Shown in pieces: positions 8,368 through 18,391 of a stretch of 40,581 nucleotides of DNA. Both the position numbers and the translations under genes were made by a program. Each line of letters begins with the position of its first letter. The first letter of the stretch is position 1. The notes beneath the pieces are model-generated. The model had not been told where the DNA came from and did no database searches. It saw nothing but the letters and a program-made list of their open reading frames with translations. Location: the sequence record SRR20825019_3158; one strand, written 5' to 3'.

Positions 8368-11121
8368 TTAAAATTTAAAGTTGTAAGTAATTGTAGGTAC
8401 TGGCACAGAGAAAATAGATGTTTGGTACGCTTTAATTTCCTTATTATCGTTTACAAAGTACACAGAATATGGATTGTTTCTACCCAATACATTGTATATA
8501 GATATGTTCCAGAAACTGTGAGCTAATTTCATTTTCTTATGATTACCTTCTATATTAAATCCTATATCTAGTCTAAAATAATCTGGTATTCTAAAGTCAT
8601 TTCTATCACTGTACACGACTTGCTCTTCTCCTGCAAATTCAAATTTTCCTACAGGATATGTAATTGGTCGTCCTGTTTGGTAAGATGCATTAAATGAAAC
8701 ACTGTAACGCTGTGTTATTTTATAGTTTGCAACTAGAGAAAAATCGTGTGGCTTATCATAGTTTGCTGGAAAATACTCTCCATTATTTACACGCTCATCT
8801 GGATTTTCACTATCTAATTTTATGAAGGTTCTAGAATAAGTATACCCAAAATACCCGTTTAAATTACCTTTTTTCTTTTTCAATAAGAACTCAACCCCAT
8901 AAGCTTGACCTTCACCTTGCAAAAGTTCTGTTTCTATATTTTCATTTAATGTAAGGTTAGCGCCGGTTTTATAATCTAAGATATCATCTAAAGATTTGTA
9001 ATAACCTTCTAAACTTACTTCCAAGTCCTGATCATCAAAGTTTCTAAAAACTCCTAAAGAAAATTGAGAGGCTTTTTGAGGCTTTATATTTAAGTCTGAA
9101 AGCTTGTAAGTATCTGTAGGAGATATTGTGGTGTTGCTAGACAGCAAGTGTATGTATTGCAATGTCCTATTATAACCAGCTTTTAAAGATAGCTCTGGCG
9201 TAAGGAAATAACGTCCAGAAAAGCGGTATTCTAAACCACCATAAGTTTCTACAACTTCATTATCATCATATGTGTTTTCACTTACTACTGTACTTTCATT
9301 TTTAGGCGCTCCATCTTGGTATTCACGTTGTACAGATGGACCTAGGTTTGCATAGTGAGAATAACGTAATCCTAAATTTAACTGAAGCTTCTTATTAACC
9401 TCATACTCATCAGATAAAAAGATAGCAGACTCCACAGCCCGTTCACTTTGTATGGATAAAGGCTGAATTGTCGAGCTTTCTCCTTTACCTTCAATATTAC
9501 CTGGATCTATATTATAGTATTTTGCAGCACCACCATATAATAAGGTATGCTTAGGATCTATTTTATGGTTAAGGTTATATTTTAACTGAGATTCATTTAT
9601 GGTATAATCAAACAAGAAGTCTTTATCACTATTGGCATCAAAATCTATTTCGAATTGATAGTTACTGTGAGAAAGAATTAATTCGCCTTTCTTCTTATCA
9701 TTCCATTGATGTGTATAGTTTACTGAAGCTAATGCATTATTATACCTATATAAAGAATCTGATGTAATACTAAATTTATCATCACTATAATATACAGATG
9801 CTTTTACTTGGTGCTTGTCGTTAATCTTATCATTATAATTAATGATACCATCGTAAAATGAAGCTTCACTATCTTTTAAAGATTCTTCAGAAAGTGATCT
9901 TAATATCCAGCCAGAATAGGTTGCTCTACCTCCTACAAGTATAGACGATCTATCTTTTACAACAGGCACCTCTAATGTTAAGTTACCTGTTACTGGACCA
10001 ATTGATCCTTCTCCAGAAATCTTTTCTTTATTACCAGCTTTTGTTTCAATATCGAAAACAGAAGACAAACGACCTCCAAACTCTGCTGGAATGTTTCCCT
10101 TATAAATATCTACAGATCCTGTTGTAAACGGGTTAATTCCTGAGAAAAATCCTAAAAAGTGAGATGGTGAATAAATAACAGCATCATCTAATAAAATTAA
10201 GTTTTGATCTGCTCTACCTCCACGAACATTGTAACCTATAGAGCCTTCACCTGCTTTTTGTATTCCTGGTAATGTTACTGCTACTTTAAGTACGTCTCTT
10301 TCTCCCAATACTAATGGAATAGTTTTTATTTCCTTTAAGTTAATTCTGGAAATACCAACGGTTGCTTCTCTAATATTTTCACTTTTATTAGACTCAATAA
10401 TAACTTCTTTTAAAAGCTGAGCATCTTCAACTAAATTAAAATTTAAAGAACCACTACCATACAGTACTATTGTTTTAGACTCTAAACCATATCCTAATCC
10501 TGAAGTTTCTACCCTATGTTGACCTGCTGGTAACCTTAAGGTATAAAATCCGTTAGCATCTGTAGTAGTATAAATAGATTTATCATTAGCAGAAATAACC
10601 AAATTATCTATACCTGCGTTTGTTTTAGAGTCTCTTATATAACCTGTTAGCTCATACTCACTACCAACTCTAGCAGAAGATCTTTTTCCAATTGTAATAA
10701 CATTTCCATCTGTAATGTCTTGGTTAAACTCTTCAGCAAAAATGGGATTTGCTTGTGTGTTGTTTCGCTTTAAACTATCTACAACAAAGCCTTTAGGCAG
10801 TTCACTTACTATAGAGTTGTTTTTTATCAAAACAACTTTATCTTCTGAGTATTTGTAAAAATTTAAAGGTGTATCATCTAAAACCTCTTTAAGTAATGCC
10901 TCTAAAGTATATGTGTCTTTTACAACACTTGTCTTTTGGTCTTTTATCCAATCTTCAATTACATAAAACTGAACATTAAACTGTGCTTCAATTTCAGACA
11001 GAATGTCTAAAATTGGCTCGTTTACAGCGGTAAAGGTTATTTCTTTTTTGTCTTGAGCTTGTAGGTTAACAGCAAATAATATTACTAAAAACACTATAAG
11101 TTTTCGTAAAAACTGATTCAT
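8368..11121 (-). CDS. TonB-dependent receptor with N-terminal extension and carboxypeptidase-regulatory-like domain
   Basis: GERDVLK, LPGI, NVRGGRADQNL, HFLGFFS, GGRLSSV, RIPDYFRLD and NVLGRNN motifs; C-terminal YNFKF. Confidence 0.93.
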   Translation of the reverse strand: MNQFLRKLIVFLVILFAVNLQAQDKKEITFTAVNEPILDILSEIEAQFNVQFYVIEDWIKDQKTSVVKDTYTLEALLKEVLDDTPLNFYKYSEDKVVLIKNNSIVSELPKGFVVDSLKRNNTQANPIFAEEFNQDITDGNVITIGKRSSARVGSEYELTGYIRDSKTNAGIDNLVISANDKSIYTTTDANGFYTLRLPAGQHRVETSGLGYGLESKTIVLYGSGSLNFNLVEDAQLLKEVIIESNKSENIREATVGISRINLKEIKTIPLVLGERDVLKVAVTLPGIQKAGEGSIGYNVRGGRADQNLILLDDAVIYSPSHFLGFFSGINPFTTGSVDIYKGNIPAEFGGRLSSVFDIETKAGNKEKISGEGSIGPVTGNLTLEVPVVKDRSSILVGGRATYSGWILRSLSEESLKDSEASFYDGIINYNDKINDKHQVKASVYYSDDKFSITSDSLYRYNNALASVNYTHQWNDKKKGELILSHSNYQFEIDFDANSDKDFLFDYTINESQLKYNLNHKIDPKHTLLYGGAAKYYNIDPGNIEGKGESSTIQPLSIQSERAVESAIFLSDEYEVNKKLQLNLGLRYSHYANLGPSVQREYQDGAPKNESTVVSENTYDDNEVVETYGGLEYRFSGRYFLTPELSLKAGYNRTLQYIHLLSSNTTISPTDTYKLSDLNIKPQKASQFSLGVFRNFDDQDLEVSLEGYYKSLDDILDYKTGANLTLNENIETELLQGEGQAYGVEFLLKKKKGNLNGYFGYTYSRTFIKLDSENPDERVNNGEYFPANYDKPHDFSLVANYKITQRYSVSFNASYQTGRPITYPVGKFEFAGEEQVVYSDRNDFRIPDYFRLDIGFNIEGNHKKMKLAHSFWNISIYNVLGRNNPYSVYFVNDNKEIKAYQTSIFSVPVPTITYNFKF

Positions 11122-11135
11122 AAAGTAGTGGTCTG

Positions 11136-11855
11136 CTAATTAATTGTAGTGAGTCTTTTGTCTATAAACCTAGCTAGGTTTACTAGGTATGCCTTTTCAT
11201 CAGATTTTCTTAAAGATTTGTTGGCTTTATTATAGTCTTTAATCTGCTTTTCTAAGTCTGGAAATAGTTTTATAAAATCACGATGGTTAGAAACTTCAAT
11301 AAACTCATTATTGTAGTTTAATAAGAAGGTAAATCCTTCAATAAATTTATAACTTACTAAAGAACTGTTTCCTAATACAGATTTAGGTGTTTTTCTTAGG
11401 TCTACATAAAAATTATAGTGATTACCGAGATAGGCAACTTCATAAAACGAATTGCCATCATTTATAACAGGTAGCTTAACAAATGAGGTGTTGTGAATTT
11501 TAAATTCTGTAACCTTAGAAGGTATAAGCTTAAGGTCAAAATAAGAAAGATTATCTTTTGTGTTAACCAATAACACATCTTCTATTAAATCATACCTTAG
11601 GTAAACATCTTGATAGGATTGGTTGTTATAGGATACTTCTCCCAACTGGTATTGTAATTCTTTAAAGTACCTATGTTCATTTGCATTACTTCTATATTCA
11701 TCTTCAAAATTAACACCTTCAAGCAGGTTAATATTTTGTTGACCTAAAAGTTGATCGTGTTGTTGTAATGCTTTGGTTCTTGTTGAAGAATTTTGGGCAG
11801 AAAGCGAACCAATCGAAAGAAAAATAGAGACTATTAGAGCGTAATTTATATTCAC
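11136..11855 (-). CDS. Exported hypothetical protein, first gene of the TBDT/DUF4249 operon
   Basis: GTG start, signal peptide, 'G.V.YNNQ.Y.DV.LRYDL.ED.L' pattern; 14 bp from the TBDT gene. Confidence 0.75.
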   Translation of the reverse strand: MNINYALIVSIFLSIGSLSAQNSSTRTKALQQHDQLLGQQNINLLEGVNFEDEYRSNANEHRYFKELQYQLGEVSYNNQSYQDVYLRYDLIEDVLLVNTKDNLSYFDLKLIPSKVTEFKIHNTSFVKLPVINDGNSFYEVAYLGNHYNFYVDLRKTPKSVLGNSSLVSYKFIEGFTFLLNYNNEFIEVSNHRDFIKLFPDLEKQIKDYNKANKSLRKSDEKAYLVNLARFIDKRLTTIN

Positions 11856-11948
11856 TTAATAAAGATTTTAGCTTTTTGAGAAAGTGAATATAGTTGAAAA
11901 ACATATATTATCTACGAAGTGCAATTGTTTTAACTTATTTTAACAATT

Positions 11949-13271
11949 TCACACTATTCTTACAGAGACTTTACTTTTTATCCAGCCAAAGTAAAGAATA
12001 TAAGCATAGCACAATACAATAAGGAGAAGTGCTAATTTAAAATGAAATTGATCTGTTAAGAAGCCGTATAAAGGCGGAATTATAGCACCACCAACTATTG
12101 CGGTACAAAGTAATCCTGACGCCTGAGGCTTTAAATCTCCTAATCCATCTAAGGTTAATGTGAAAATTGTCGGGAACATTATTGAATTGAATAATCCTAC
12201 AGATAATATTGTCCACATTGAAAGTAGTCCTAACGTATTCATAGATGTAAAAATCATAAGTATGGCAAGAAAAGAAAACACACCTAACACCTTACCTGGC
12301 GTAATTAATTTGGTTAAATATGCACCAATAAACCTACCTATCATTGCGCCACCCCAATAAAAAATCACAAATATCCCTAATAATGATTTAGAGTCTGAAA
12401 CAGAAAGGTCTTTGTTAAATACATTGGTAATGGTATTAGCAATTGCCATCATAGTTTCATTTTCTAATATTATAGGTGTTAACCTCATACTTTGAAAGTA
12501 GTTTACCAAATAACTTCCTATAGCAACTTCTGCTCCTACGTATAAAAATATGCCTAGAACACCCATTAATGCAAGCTTGTTTTTAAACAGCTTAGAATAA
12601 CCACCTTTTGGACTTTTCTCCATAATTGTTGGTAGTTTCACAATCATAAAAACCACAGCTAACACTCCAATAATAGCAGCAATAGTTAGGAACGGTGTCT
12701 GTACAGTAGCTGCCTCTGCAGTTAAATAATTTACTTTTTCCTGAAAACTAAGGGCATTAATCTCTGTTGATGTTTTTACAGTCTCACTCAATAAAAAAAG
12801 TGCACCAATTATTGGCGCAATTGTAGTTCCTAAAGAATTAAAAGCTTGAGCCAAATTAAGCCTGCTGGAAGCACCTTGCTCACTACCCAATAAACTTACA
12901 TAAGGGTTTGCAGCAACTTGAAGTACAGTTATACCTGCTGCTAAAATAAAGTACCCAAGTAAAAACACATTAAATATGCGATACTCAGATGCAGGATAAA
13001 AGAGCAAGCATCCAAATGCCATAGTTAGTAAGCCAAGAATTATTCCTTTTTTGTATCCTATCCTTGCAAGTATAGATCCTGCTGGAATTGAGAATATGAA
13101 GTACGCAAGAAAAAATGCAAATTGTACCAAGCCAGCCTGAAAGTAAGATAACTCAAAAACATCTTTTAGTCTTGGTATTAATGAATCTACAAGGACAGTG
13201 ATAAAGCCCCATAAAAAAAAGAGAGTTGTAATTATTGCAAATGCTCTTTTGCTTCCTGCGTTATTGCTCAT
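11949..13271 (-). CDS. FucP/GluP-family sugar MFS transporter
   Basis: LFFLWGF, LQVAANPYV, RLNLAQAFNSLG, YVGAEV and NSIMFPTIF motifs. Confidence 0.93.
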   Translation of the reverse strand: MSNNAGSKRAFAIITTLFFLWGFITVLVDSLIPRLKDVFELSYFQAGLVQFAFFLAYFIFSIPAGSILARIGYKKGIILGLLTMAFGCLLFYPASEYRIFNVFLLGYFILAAGITVLQVAANPYVSLLGSEQGASSRLNLAQAFNSLGTTIAPIIGALFLLSETVKTSTEINALSFQEKVNYLTAEAATVQTPFLTIAAIIGVLAVVFMIVKLPTIMEKSPKGGYSKLFKNKLALMGVLGIFLYVGAEVAIGSYLVNYFQSMRLTPIILENETMMAIANTITNVFNKDLSVSDSKSLLGIFVIFYWGGAMIGRFIGAYLTKLITPGKVLGVFSFLAILMIFTSMNTLGLLSMWTILSVGLFNSIMFPTIFTLTLDGLGDLKPQASGLLCTAIVGGAIIPPLYGFLTDQFHFKLALLLIVLCYAYILYFGWIKSKVSVRIV

Positions 13272-13277
13272 CTTAAA

Positions 13278-14282
13278 TTAATCGTTTAAAATATGTGAAG
13301 GTTGTACTCTAGTATTTTCTTCATTTTCATACTTCTCGTAAGTAAAGCCTTTATGAATACAGGCGCCACCAGTATTTCCTTGTTTATCTAAAGCAATATA
13401 AGCTACCTGAAAGTTTTTATAATTCGGATTTCTTTCAATAACACGTTTTACGGCTTCATCACAAGCTTCTTGAGGTGTTTTACCTTGCCTCATAAGCTCT
13501 ACTATTAAAAAGCTACCAACTGTTTTCATTATTTCCTCTCCCATTCCTGTGGCTACTGCACCTCCTATTTCATTATCTAAGAAAAGTCCGCTTCCAATAA
13601 TGGCACTATCTCCTACTCTACCTTTCATTTTGTAGCTTAATCCACTAGTTGTGCACGCACCTGCAATGTCTCCAAATTTATCAATAGCCAACAGTCCTAT
13701 CGTGTCGTGATTTTCAATATTAATAATTGGTTTATATTTTGGGCTTTTAAGCCATTCTTTATACGCTTTTTCAGACTGCTCTGTTAACAAGGTGTCTTTT
13801 TTAAACCCATAACGCTCTGCCAATTCTTCTGCGCCTTCTCCAGCTAACATCACGTGTGGTGTTTCCTCCATTACAATACGTGCTAATTGTGCTACGTGCG
13901 CATAATCTTTAACATATACCACAGCACCACAATCTCCATCTGGATTCATTACGCAAGCATCTAGAGTTACTTCGCCATATCTGTCTGGCGCACCACCTTT
14001 TCCTACAGTTGTGTTTTTAATATCATCTTCCTCTACTTGTACGCCAGCAATAACAGCATCTAAAGCAGGTTTTCCAGCATCTAAGAATTGACCTGCAGTT
14101 TTATTTGCATCAACAAATCCCCAAGTGCAAATAGCAATTGGTCCAGATTTTTTTAATGTTTCTTTTTGGGGTATACTCATTTCTTTATTCAAATTTTGTT
14201 CATCACAAGATATTGCTGCACCTGCAACTGCAAGTCCTACTGTTCCTAAAGCAGATTGTTGTATAAATTGTCTTCTTTTCAT
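13278..14282 (-). CDS. N(4)-(beta-N-acetylglucosaminyl)-L-asparaginase (glycosylasparaginase, Ntn hydrolase)
   Basis: HD|TIG autocleavage site, TTSGL, GRVGDS and ATGMGE; twin-arginine leader. Confidence 0.92.
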   Translation of the reverse strand: MKRRQFIQQSALGTVGLAVAGAAISCDEQNLNKEMSIPQKETLKKSGPIAICTWGFVDANKTAGQFLDAGKPALDAVIAGVQVEEDDIKNTTVGKGGAPDRYGEVTLDACVMNPDGDCGAVVYVKDYAHVAQLARIVMEETPHVMLAGEGAEELAERYGFKKDTLLTEQSEKAYKEWLKSPKYKPIINIENHDTIGLLAIDKFGDIAGACTTSGLSYKMKGRVGDSAIIGSGLFLDNEIGGAVATGMGEEIMKTVGSFLIVELMRQGKTPQEACDEAVKRVIERNPNYKNFQVAYIALDKQGNTGGACIHKGFTYEKYENEENTRVQPSHILND

Positions 14283-17212
14283 TATTCATTTATTAAAATC
14301 TCATCGGCAAATATCCAACTGGTGCCTTGATGTTCTGCGCCTAAATGCCACTCTGGTAATTCACCTAATGTTTTAGCGACTACTTTTAAGTATCTAAATG
14401 ATGTTGGATTAGTTGTCTTAAAGTTAACCTTTAGCTTTTCAACTTGTTCATTTTCTTTAACGGAAATCTTTTTTGTAAAAATTTCTTTAAAGGTTTTACC
14501 ATCTTGTGAACTTAGGTAAGTTACCTGTGTAGGATAAAATATCCAAGAACGCTGGTCTTGTAAAAAGCCTGTAGTTATTGTATTGATTTCTTTCTGCTTA
14601 CCAAAATCGAGCGTTGCTATTAAATCTTGGTTTTGATAACCTTGCCATAATCCTGTTTGAAAATTTGTAGTTCCTGTTACACCATCAATCAACGCAAGGT
14701 TTCCGCCACCACTGTAGCGCTCTGGATAGGTTGTGCTTAGCGTGAGCTTTAAGTTTTGATCTATTTTTCTGAATTCTGAAATTAGCTTAGGACTTTCTTT
14801 GCCATCCTTGCTACCATATATTTCCAAATTTGCTGTTTCTGAAATATAGAATGGAGTCTTGTAGGTTTTAAAAATTTCTGAAGTATTTATTCTATACTTT
14901 ATAGAAACATCTTTATCTGCTACTCCTAATGCAATTCTTGTTGAATCTTTAAATGCTAAATTTCCAGTTGTAATATAAGGTGACTGTACAATTAAGTGGT
15001 CTTTAATTTCTGTAACTGGTGCAGAATTAGTTGTTGTACCCCATTGCGATGGTGCGTTTGTCATTTTAAATACTAAGTTACCACCATTCATTATAGTATT
15101 ATGATCTAGGTATGAGTTATTAAGTTGCTTTCCGTTTAAGGTTGCGCTCTGTATATAAATATTTTCTTCTGAAAGTGATTCTGCAATCACTGTAAATTTA
15201 TTACCGTTTTCTAGGTTTAGTGTTGCTTTTTCTGCGTGAGGCGTCCCGATTATATAGGTATTTGATGCAGGTGTTACAGGATAAAAACCTAAGGCACTAA
15301 ATACATACCAAGCTCCCATTTGGCCACAATCTTCATTCCCTGAAATGCCATCTGGTGCATTGCTATATTGTTCTGTTAGGATTTGATGAACACGCTCCTG
15401 TGTTTTGTAAGGTGTATTTACAAAATTATAGAGATACGCCATATGATGGCTTGGTTCATTACCATGTGCATATTGCCCTATTAAACCCGTTATATCTGCC
15501 TGTTCTGCACCAGATGTTTCTTGACTAGCACTAAACAGTTTGTCTAATTGTTGCTCCAAAGCTTTTTTTCCTCCTAGCAGAGTTGTAAATCCTGAAATAT
15601 CTTGGGGCACATAAAAACTATATTGCCAAGAGTTGGCTTCTGTATAGTTAAAGTTAACCTCATAGGGATCAAAATTAGATGGCCAAGTATTTCTAAAACG
15701 GCCTTGCATAAATTTAGTGTCTGGATTAAATACATTCTTATAAAATTGCGCCCTTTGTATATAGGTTTTATAATCTTCAGATTTTCCTAAAGCTTGAGCC
15801 ATTTGTGCAATAGCCCAATCGTCATACGCATACTCAAGAGTTTTAGACACAGAGCTTCCTTCAGCTTCAACAGGAATGTAATTGTTTTTCTTATAAGCAT
15901 CTAACCCTAAATGATCTCGAGATGCAGCAAAAGTCATTGCCTGAAAAGCTTTTTCAACATCATAATCTTTAATTCCTTTTAAGTATGCATCTGCTATTAC
16001 TGGTATTGCATGATAACCAATCATGCAACCAGTATAATTATTACTCAAATCCCATATTGGCAATATACCGCCATGCTCATGTTTCTTTATAAATCCTTTT
16101 ATAAAATCATTAGTTCTATCTTGCTCAATAAGAGTATAAAGAGGATGTGCAGCTCTGTAAGTATCCCAAAGTGAAAAGACAGTATATTGCTCAAAATCTT
16201 CAGCTTTATAAATGCTATCATTCATTCCTCTGTAACGCATATCCACATCTTGATGTAAGTGTGGCGCCAACATACTATGGTATAATGATGTGTAAAAAAT
16301 CACTTTTTTATCTTCAACACGATCTTCAATTGTAATTTTCTCTAGTTGCTTTTCCCAAAGCTTTTCAATTTCAGATTTCACTTCATTAAAAGTCTTTGTT
16401 CCTATTTCTTTTTCAAGATTTAATTTTGCACCTTGTTCATCAACAGCACTTATTCCTACTTTCACATAAATAGGTTCGTTTTTAGGATTATGAAATTTTA
16501 ATGCTGCTTTGGTTGAAGTTTTAAAGGTTGAAGACATTAATGTATCTTCTACTTTAAAGGGTTTTGAAAATTGGATATTAAAAAACAACTTCTGATTTGT
16601 TGCCCAAGCTTTTGAAAACCTATAACCCGAAATTTCTGTACCTGATAATATATTAAGCTTTACATCATTTAGCTTATCTCTGTGCTCTAAATCTAAAATT
16701 ACAATTTGATTTTCAGCTGAAGGAAATTCATACTTATGCATTCCGCTTCTACGCGAAACTGTTAGTGAAACTTTAATGTCTGTATCTTTAAGCAATACTT
16801 CATAAAATCCTGGTGATGCATTTTCATCTTCATGTGAAAAAGTTGAGCGGTATCCTTTTTCTCCATCTGCGCCATTATTAAATGTAGTTGTATTGGTTGG
16901 CATTAATAAAACATCTGCATAATCACTCACACCAGTACCACTTAAATGCGTGTGTGAAAATCCATAAATATGTGTATCACTATAGTGGTAACCGCTACAG
17001 CCATCCCAACCTTCAAGACGTGTGTCTGGGCTTAACTGCATCATTCCAAAAGGAGCAACGGCACCTGGATAAGTATGACCGTGACCACCAGTTCCGATAA
17101 ATGGATTTACATAGCTAATTAAAGGCTGATCTTTAACAGCTTTATTTACAGTTACAGTTTTGGTACAAGAAAATAGTAAAAGTGTTAAAGGTAAAAGTAG
17201 TAGGTTGCGCAT
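14282..17212 (-). CDS. GH92 alpha-mannosidase lipoprotein with C-terminal accessory beta-sandwich domains
   Basis: NPFIGTGGHGHTYPGA, FSLWDTYRAAHPL, GNEPSHH and GNEDCGQM; lipobox LFSC; stop overlaps the next ATG. Confidence 0.95.
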   Translation of the reverse strand: MRNLLLLPLTLLLFSCTKTVTVNKAVKDQPLISYVNPFIGTGGHGHTYPGAVAPFGMMQLSPDTRLEGWDGCSGYHYSDTHIYGFSHTHLSGTGVSDYADVLLMPTNTTTFNNGADGEKGYRSTFSHEDENASPGFYEVLLKDTDIKVSLTVSRRSGMHKYEFPSAENQIVILDLEHRDKLNDVKLNILSGTEISGYRFSKAWATNQKLFFNIQFSKPFKVEDTLMSSTFKTSTKAALKFHNPKNEPIYVKVGISAVDEQGAKLNLEKEIGTKTFNEVKSEIEKLWEKQLEKITIEDRVEDKKVIFYTSLYHSMLAPHLHQDVDMRYRGMNDSIYKAEDFEQYTVFSLWDTYRAAHPLYTLIEQDRTNDFIKGFIKKHEHGGILPIWDLSNNYTGCMIGYHAIPVIADAYLKGIKDYDVEKAFQAMTFAASRDHLGLDAYKKNNYIPVEAEGSSVSKTLEYAYDDWAIAQMAQALGKSEDYKTYIQRAQFYKNVFNPDTKFMQGRFRNTWPSNFDPYEVNFNYTEANSWQYSFYVPQDISGFTTLLGGKKALEQQLDKLFSASQETSGAEQADITGLIGQYAHGNEPSHHMAYLYNFVNTPYKTQERVHQILTEQYSNAPDGISGNEDCGQMGAWYVFSALGFYPVTPASNTYIIGTPHAEKATLNLENGNKFTVIAESLSEENIYIQSATLNGKQLNNSYLDHNTIMNGGNLVFKMTNAPSQWGTTTNSAPVTEIKDHLIVQSPYITTGNLAFKDSTRIALGVADKDVSIKYRINTSEIFKTYKTPFYISETANLEIYGSKDGKESPKLISEFRKIDQNLKLTLSTTYPERYSGGGNLALIDGVTGTTNFQTGLWQGYQNQDLIATLDFGKQKEINTITTGFLQDQRSWIFYPTQVTYLSSQDGKTFKEIFTKKISVKENEQVEKLKVNFKTTNPTSFRYLKVVAKTLGELPEWHLGAEHQGTSWIFADEILINE

Positions 17213-17277
17213 ATTTAATATAAAAGAGAGCTAATATATGTAAAATCGCAACCAAAACTTATTATACTAATTAGCTT

Positions 17278-17318
17278 AAAAAAAAACACCTAATGCAATA
17301 CGAAACATTAGGTGTTTT
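17278..17318 (-). terminator. Intrinsic terminator
   Basis: AAAACACCTAATG/CATTAGGTGTTTT stem with a long A-run on the + strand. Confidence 0.8.
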
Positions 17319-17350
17319 AGAAAGTTAGCTTTAAGAGGTGAGCTAATTAA

Positions 17351-17809
17351 TTATTTATCACATTCATAATAAGGTTGTAAACCGTCTTTTATAAATCTTA
17401 CACTATCTACAAATACGTAGATTGAGTTTGAGTTTTCCATATAGAAATCACTTACACCACTACTTAATGCACCAGGCTTTAGGTCTGTTCTATGTGTTGT
17501 TCTTGCATTATTTGGTTCTCTGTTATAAACTTCATAGCTAAAGTGAATAACATCATTATATCTATTTCTAAATTGTACGCCCCAAATATGTTTTGAGCCG
17601 TCATAATTTTTTCCTCTAAGTTTAACCCTAAAATCTAATCCTTTATAGCAACTTGTGCTTTGCCAACTTCCCCAATTATTAATTGTAACTAAGCTGGTAT
17701 AATCATCTGGCAGTACATTAGCATTTACTTTAGTATCTAAATTTACAGTAGCAATAAATAAGACAACACAAATGCAGGGCAACAAAAAGGTGAGTAACAT
17801 TCGTTTCAT
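17351..17809 (-). CDS. Exported hypothetical protein
   Basis: 152 aa ORF with N-terminal hydrophobic segment and its own terminator. Confidence 0.7.
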   Translation of the reverse strand: MKRMLLTFLLPCICVVLFIATVNLDTKVNANVLPDDYTSLVTINNWGSWQSTSCYKGLDFRVKLRGKNYDGSKHIWGVQFRNRYNDVIHFSYEVYNREPNNARTTHRTDLKPGALSSGVSDFYMENSNSIYVFVDSVRFIKDGLQPYYECDK

Positions 17810-17959
17810 AATATAGAGTATTTGTTAGAGAATTAATAAAGTGTCTGCAGTACAACCACAACTACAGAGCTTTACTATTTTTATACTATAAATTTATGAA
17901 ATATGTGTTATAGAAAGAATACCCAATACTGGGTATTTTTTTGATTTTGAGATAACTAC

Positions 17960-18000
17960 AAAAAAAAACAAACGCCAATTAATAATTTTAATTGGCGTTT
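17960..18000 (-). terminator. Intrinsic terminator of the ferredoxin gene
   Basis: AAACGCCAATTAA/TTAATTGGCGTTT stem plus an A-run on the + strand. Confidence 0.8.
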
Positions 18001-18025
18001 ACTAAGTGTTATAAAATTGTAAAAT

Positions 18026-18376
18026 TTAGTCCTTATGCATAAATGCTTGCTTTGCTAGAAGGACCTCATCAGATTCTACATGATCGTCATCTGGTACACA
18101 ACAATCTACCGGACATACTGCTGCGCATTGGGGTTCTTCGTGAAACCCTTTACACTCTGTACACTTATCTGGTATTATATAATAAATCTCATCACTTATT
18201 GGTTCTTGTGCTTCATTAGCATCTACCTCTTTACCATTTGGCAACACCACGTTACCTTCTAAATCTGTACCATCTGCATAACGCCAATCATCTGCGCCTT
18301 CGTAAATAGCAGTGTTAGGACATTCTGGCTCACAAGCTCCACAATTAATACATTCGTCTGTTATAATGATAGCCAT
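18026..18376 (-). CDS. 2[4Fe-4S] dicluster ferredoxin (YfhL-like)
   Basis: [12 protein letters not shown] and CTECKG...[10 protein letters not shown] motifs. Confidence 0.95.
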   Translation of the reverse strand: MAIIITDECINCGACEPECPNTAIYEGADDWRYADGTDLEGNVVLPNGKEVDANEAQEPISDEIYYIIPDKCTECKGFHEEPQCAAVCPVDCCVPDDDHVESDEVLLAKQAFMHKD

Positions 18377-18391
18377 AGCTCTTATTTATCT

